Virus record (IMG/VR): IMGVR_UViG_3300038318_000302
Strand: one strand, 5' to 3'
DNA length: 20,000 nt
Source: an uncultured virus (IMG/VR IMGVR_UViG_3300038318_000302)
Taxonomy: Duplodnaviria > Heunggongvirae > Uroviricota > Caudoviricetes
The translations under genes were made by a program, and so were the position numbers. The notes under the pieces are model-generated. The model did no database searches. It was not told where the DNA came from and saw only the letters and a list, made by a program, of their open reading frames with translations. This document shows positions 16,963-20,000 of this stretch, in pieces (positions within the stretch are counted from its first letter, which is position 1; each line of letters begins with the position of its first letter).

Positions 16963-17035
16963 TAAAGATACTAACTTTTTATCAATAAACAAAATTTTTA
17001 TCAATAAATTATTGGTTTAACGTCAATATTTAACT
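16963..17035 (-). promoter_or_regulatory. Bacteroidota-type early promoter
   Basis: TTTG (16993-16990)-N19-TATCTTTA (16970-16963), with upstream AGTTAAATAT. Confidence 0.75.
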
Positions 17036-17067
17036 CTTTTTAATAAAAAATGGAAAAAATTTAATAT

Positions 17068-17108
17068 AAAAAAGAAAGAGTTGAATGCAAATTACAAACA
17101 ACTCTTTT
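17068..17108. terminator. Rho-independent terminator (copy B) ending the lysis transcript
   Basis: AAAGAGTTG (17075-17083) / CAACTCTTT (17099-17107) with A/T runs, just downstream of the 17132 stop. Confidence 0.75.
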
Positions 17109-17131
17109 ATATTATCTTTTACTAATATAAT

Positions 17132-17551
17132 TTATATCTTCTTTTTAGAAAATTTCAATCCTATATATCCTAAAATAAGCAAAATAACAATTATCATAAA
17201 CCACATAGACACCTTATAAATTTTAGGAATATACTTATGTTCTTTTGTTACAGTATTAGTAAGATATACAGGCTTATCTATTGTATCCGTTTTTGCCTTA
17301 TAAATTGTATCATTATGTATGACAAATTTATTTCTGTATTTTACCTTATAAATAGTATTTCCTTTGAAATATACAGAATCTAATTCAAATATACTATCAT
17401 GATGATTAATTATTTTATTAATTGTATCATGTTGTATATGATATACTGGAACAGGAATTTGTTTTTCTATTGTTTTTGTAGTTCCACAACTAATTAAAAA
17501 CAAACTTACTATTAATAATAAATTAATTTTATTTATTCTTATTGTTTTCAT
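17132..17551 (-). CDS. Lipoprotein with C-terminal TM helix (candidate unimolecular spanin)
   Basis: Basic N-terminus, hydrophobic stretch and lipobox LISC-G. The middle is beta-rich with DT/DS repeats. C-terminal TM VSMWFMIIVILLILGYIGL is followed by a basic tail. Overlaps the holin-like gene. Confidence 0.7.
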   Translation of the reverse strand: MKTIRINKINLLLIVSLFLISCGTTKTIEKQIPVPVYHIQHDTINKIINHHDSIFELDSVYFKGNTIYKVKYRNKFVIHNDTIYKAKTDTIDKPVYLTNTVTKEHKYIPKIYKVSMWFMIIVILLILGYIGLKFSKKKI

Positions 17552-17792
17552 TTCTTTCCCCCCATGCTTTAGTTATTCCTGCAGATACAAATAATCCTGC
17601 AACTGCGCCTATTACCGCAGCAAGACCATTTAAATCTGTATTTATTGTACCAGATCTTATCACTTCAAATATTAATACAAATCCACAACATAACAATATT
17701 ATACATCCTATCACTGTAACGGCAACCAAAAAGAATGTTTTAGATGAAATTCCAGAATTGTTAGTTAACAATTTTTTTATAAATTCTTTCAT
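17529..17792 (-). CDS. Holin-like two-TM membrane protein
   Basis: 87 aa, SGISSKTFF then two hydrophobic helices and a charged C-terminal tail. Confidence 0.65.
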   Translation of the reverse strand: MKEFIKKLLTNNSGISSKTFFLVAVTVIGCIILLCCGFVLIFEVIRSGTINTDLNGLAAVIGAVAGLFVSAGITKAWGERNENNKNK

Positions 17793-17818
17793 AATGAATT
17801 TTATTATAATTGATTTTC

Positions 17819-17962
17819 TTAATATATTGGCATAGGATCAGTACTGTAAGATAATCTCATCTGTTTATAATCTTCTTCTTTTATTGAGATGGTATTATTA
17901 TCTTTATAAGAGTTAATATTATCTCCATTTATTCCATATCCTATTAATTTATTACTATTCAT
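17819..17962 (-). CDS. Small hypothetical protein (47 aa)
   Basis: Manual translation MNSNKLIGYGINGDNINSYKDNNTISIKEEDYKQMRLSYSTDPMPIY. ATGA-coupled to the 17959 stop. Confidence 0.5.
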   Translation of the reverse strand: MNSNKLIGYGINGDNINSYKDNNTISIKEEDYKQMRLSYSTDPMPIY

Positions 17963-18252
17963 TGTAAAAAATTCCTTAAATTATTACTAAAAGTTTTTGT
18001 TTTATAATCTTCTTTGTCATATCCAGAAAATTCTTCAAGCTCTTTTCCTATTTCTTTTTCCATAAATTTATTTAAATTCTTACGATTATAATTAGCATCT
18101 GATTTGACTAGTTTAGAATGATATTTTCTTCCTGTAAGAAGATAACTTCTTCCTTTATTTTTTCCTCTTTCTATAATTCTAGAACACCCCTTACTATCAT
18201 CACCTCCGCAATCATATAATTTTTTCCAAAAATTTCCTTTAAGATATATCAT
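17959..18252 (-). CDS. Hypothetical protein
   Basis: 97 aa, with TAATG coupling to the upstream gene. Confidence 0.55.
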   Translation of the reverse strand: MIYLKGNFWKKLYDCGGDDSKGCSRIIERGKNKGRSYLLTGRKYHSKLVKSDANYNRKNLNKFMEKEIGKELEEFSGYDKEDYKTKTFSNNLRNFLQ

Positions 18253-18617
18253 TATTTCATTTCATTCTTTTTATTTATAATAGGACATTTTCCTCCTTTT
18301 TTATACCAACTACAAGAAGTTATGGCAGCAAAGGCTATATCATTATTACTTATTTCTCTTTCAAGATTTGTTATCCTATTCTGCATTATATCTTGTCTTT
18401 TTTCAAGAGCATCTATTCTATTTTTGTCTACTTGTTCTTGACTATTTTTTCTATTTAGCTCTTCTTGTAAATCTTTAACTACTTTACTGAGTGTATCCAC
18501 ATTATTATTTTCAGTCTTAGTTCTTATTTCTCTTCTTTTTAGAGGAAAATACATTATGAATGAAATTACTCCTAAGAAGGCGCCTATCATTGTTGCTATT
18601 TGTGCATATTCGTCCAT
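18252..18617 (-). CDS. Membrane-anchored coiled-coil protein (lysis-region type)
   Basis: N-terminal TM IATMIGAFLGVISFIMYFPL, heptad-rich middle, C-terminal C..C. Confidence 0.7.
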   Translation of the reverse strand: MDEYAQIATMIGAFLGVISFIMYFPLKRREIRTKTENNNVDTLSKVVKDLQEELNRKNSQEQVDKNRIDALEKRQDIMQNRITNLEREISNNDIAFAAITSCSWYKKGGKCPIINKKNEMK

Positions 18618-18771
18618 AACTTATTTCTTTTTCAACTTCCAAAATTTCTGAAAATCCACGTTCTAATCTATTTATTTGTTCAGAGGAAAGATTATTACAA
18701 TATCCGTTTTTTAGTTCCTTTATTAATCTTTTTAATGATAAAATTATCTGCTTAATTGTCTTTTCCTCCAT
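18517..18771 (-). CDS. Small hypothetical protein (probable start MEEKTIKQ at 18771)
   Basis: Helical N-terminal half. The last ~100 nt overlap the next gene, so the 3' part may be a read-through tail of a truncated gene. Confidence 0.45.
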   Translation of the reverse strand: MEEKTIKQIILSLKRLIKELKNGYCNNLSSEQINRLERGFSEILEVEKEISYGRICTNSNNDRRLLRSNFIHNVFSSKKKRNKN

Positions 18772-19109
18772 ATAATAGATATAATTATTCCACTGATTAA
18801 TGTTATTTGAATAACACAAATACAATGATTTATTTTTAAAATATTAATATCAGTCCATTCTAAAATTAATGCTATGGCAGAAGAAATACATAAAATCCTG
18901 TACCATGCACATAATTTGAATGGATATGATGCAACAAAGCAAATCAGAATGGTATACAAAGAGGCGCCAAGCCAATCGTATATCCAGTATGTAGACTGTG
19001 GAAAGAACAGACTTATTGCAGTAATAATACTAAACAATATCGGATATGCCCGAATCAGCTTATATACCATTCTAAGATTGGCTTCATCATTTTCCCGTAC
19101 TTCCTCCAA
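18744..19109 (-). CDS. Small multi-pass (~4 TM) membrane protein; start uncertain
   Basis: Four hydrophobic segments, Cys-rich. The track start is TTG; the ATG of MVYKL is an alternative. Confidence 0.65.
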   Translation of the reverse strand: MEEVRENDEANLRMVYKLIRAYPILFSIITAISLFFPQSTYWIYDWLGASLYTILICFVASYPFKLCAWYRILCISSAIALILEWTDINILKINHCICVIQITLISGIIISIIWRKRQLSR

Positions 19110-19236
19110 TATGTATCGGTGGGTCTTTTTCTTCTACGTCTTTCCTTTTTTCTTCTTTTTTAATTTTAGTCTTATTTTTAGATAAATCAATATACCTTAT
19201 TGGTAATCCAATTGTACTTTCATCAAAATGTATCAT
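19087..19236 (-). CDS. Small charged peptide (49 aa)
   Basis: Manual translation MIHFDESTIGLPIRYIDLSKNKTKIKKEEKRKDVEEKDPPIHIGGSTGK fills the gap between two genes. Confidence 0.5.
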   Translation of the reverse strand: MIHFDESTIGLPIRYIDLSKNKTKIKKEEKRKDVEEKDPPIHIGGSTGK

Positions 19237-19260
19237 ATTAATATTAGTATTAATTTAAAA

Positions 19261-19623
19261 TTATTTAATTAAATTCATTACTTTTTTGGCCATATCACCA
19301 GACCAATTTCGCCATTCTTGCATTTTATCATAACACACTTTATCTTCATCTGAATTATCTTTATTAAGGATTATAGCAAGTTGATTGTCATTAGAATAAT
19401 GCCATTCTATAAATTTTTTCTTCAGATTTCCATAATCAATGATTTCTGGAAGTAAAGTCCTTATCTCTCCAATAATTAGAAGCTGACCTGATACTTTAGG
19501 TTCTTCAAAGTCCTTTTCAGTATATTTACTAGCATCTGAATCTGATACTTTAAATCCAAGAAAATTCTGAGCTGATAAATATTTACCAGCATCAGAAAAT
19601 ATATAATTACTATCTACAAACAT
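19261..19623 (-). CDS. Hypothetical protein, possibly tail-fibre associated
   Basis: 120 aa directly after the LRR gene. The C-terminal YSNDNQLAIILN...YDKMQEWRNW resembles small proteins that follow tail-fibre genes. Confidence 0.65.
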   Translation of the reverse strand: MFVDSNYIFSDAGKYLSAQNFLGFKVSDSDASKYTEKDFEEPKVSGQLLIIGEIRTLLPEIIDYGNLKKKFIEWHYSNDNQLAIILNKDNSDEDKVCYDKMQEWRNWSGDMAKKVMNLIK

Positions 19624-19625
19624 AT

Positions 19626-20000
19626 TTATAAAGTCTTTGATATTTTGAAATTACACTTAGTTGGATCTAAAAGTACTGCCCAACCATCTCCAGTAGTACC
19701 TTCATAACCAGTAGCATTCGAGGGTACATATAAGTACTTAGTTACTGTTGATGCAGAACCTGTATAGGAGGAGGAGTCATAACCAAATGCCCCATTATTA
19801 GCAGTTAGTGCTGATTCTGCTAAACATGATATTGAAATTAATGCTTTACAACTCTGAAAACAGCCACCTCCTAAATAAGTTATACTATTAGGTAATGTTA
19901 TGCTAGTCAATGATAAACAATTGGTAAAACAGGAATCTCCTAAACGAGTTATACTATTAGGTAATGTTATGCTAGTCAATGAAGTACAACTCATAAAACA
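19626..20000 (-). CDS. BspA-type (TpLRR/LRR_5) leucine-rich repeat protein, C-terminal part (open to window edge)
   Basis: 23-aa repeats CxSLTSITLPNSITxLGxxCF and capping motif LYVPSNATGY. The frame stays open to 20000. Confidence 0.9.
   Translation of the reverse strand, partial: CFMSCTSLTSITLPNSITRLGDSCFTNCLSLTSITLPNSITYLGGGCFQSCKALISISCLAESALTANNGAFGYDSSSYTGSASTVTKYLYVPSNATGYEGTTGDGWAVLLDPTKCNFKISKTL

Larger units (their letters stand above)
16921..17217. repeat. Copy B of the ~300-bp direct repeat
   Basis: Aligns with 16328-16629 and contains the intact 3' end of 17132..17551. Confidence 0.95.

Noticed and set aside
16328..17217. CRISPR array or IS/integron
   Set aside because: Only two long repeats, no regular repeat-spacer period, and no transposase, integrase or attC-like site visible.
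1125..19185. Short plus-strand ORFs and alternate-frame minus ORFs in the track (e.g. 1125, 5473, 8211, 8791, 10664, 16492, 17542, 18874)
   Set aside because: They overlap well-supported minus-strand genes or terminators and show no recognisable motifs.
1..20000. Window-wide stop-codon reassignment
   Set aside because: Genes are intact and densely packed under the standard code, with no fragmentation by in-frame TAG or TGA. Only the single junction at 3085 is noted.
1..20000. tRNA or rRNA genes
   Set aside because: Intergenic gaps are short and I saw no cloverleaf or T-loop signature in them.

Overview
AT-rich window of a large dsDNA phage, with every credible gene on the minus strand. Three TTTG-N19-TAnnTT(C/T)(G/A) promoters and a BspA-type LRR gene point to a Bacteroidota host. 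In transcription order (20000 to 1) it holds four parts: (i) the 3' end of a BspA-like LRR protein and small membrane/lysis genes, including a holin-like gene and a lipoprotein with u-spanin topology; (ii) an accessory island of tiny genes (~14.8-17.2 kb) built around duplicated terminator-promoter-leader units; (iii) a T4-like replication/recombination block of SF2 helicase, DnaB-like helicase, primase, sigma factor, gp32-like SSB, UvsY-like and RecA/UvsX genes; (iv) nested in that block, a probable dUMP hydroxymethylase, a family C (DnaE) polymerase split into two genes, an HD nucleotidase and a DUF3310-like gene. The most striking observation is that DnaE is split just before its catalytic PDxD motif. 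The break carries appendages that look like a non-splicing half of an intein (HINT) fold, and it lies inside a probable thymine-replacement (5-hmU) cluster. All assignments come from motif recognition by eye; no searches were run.
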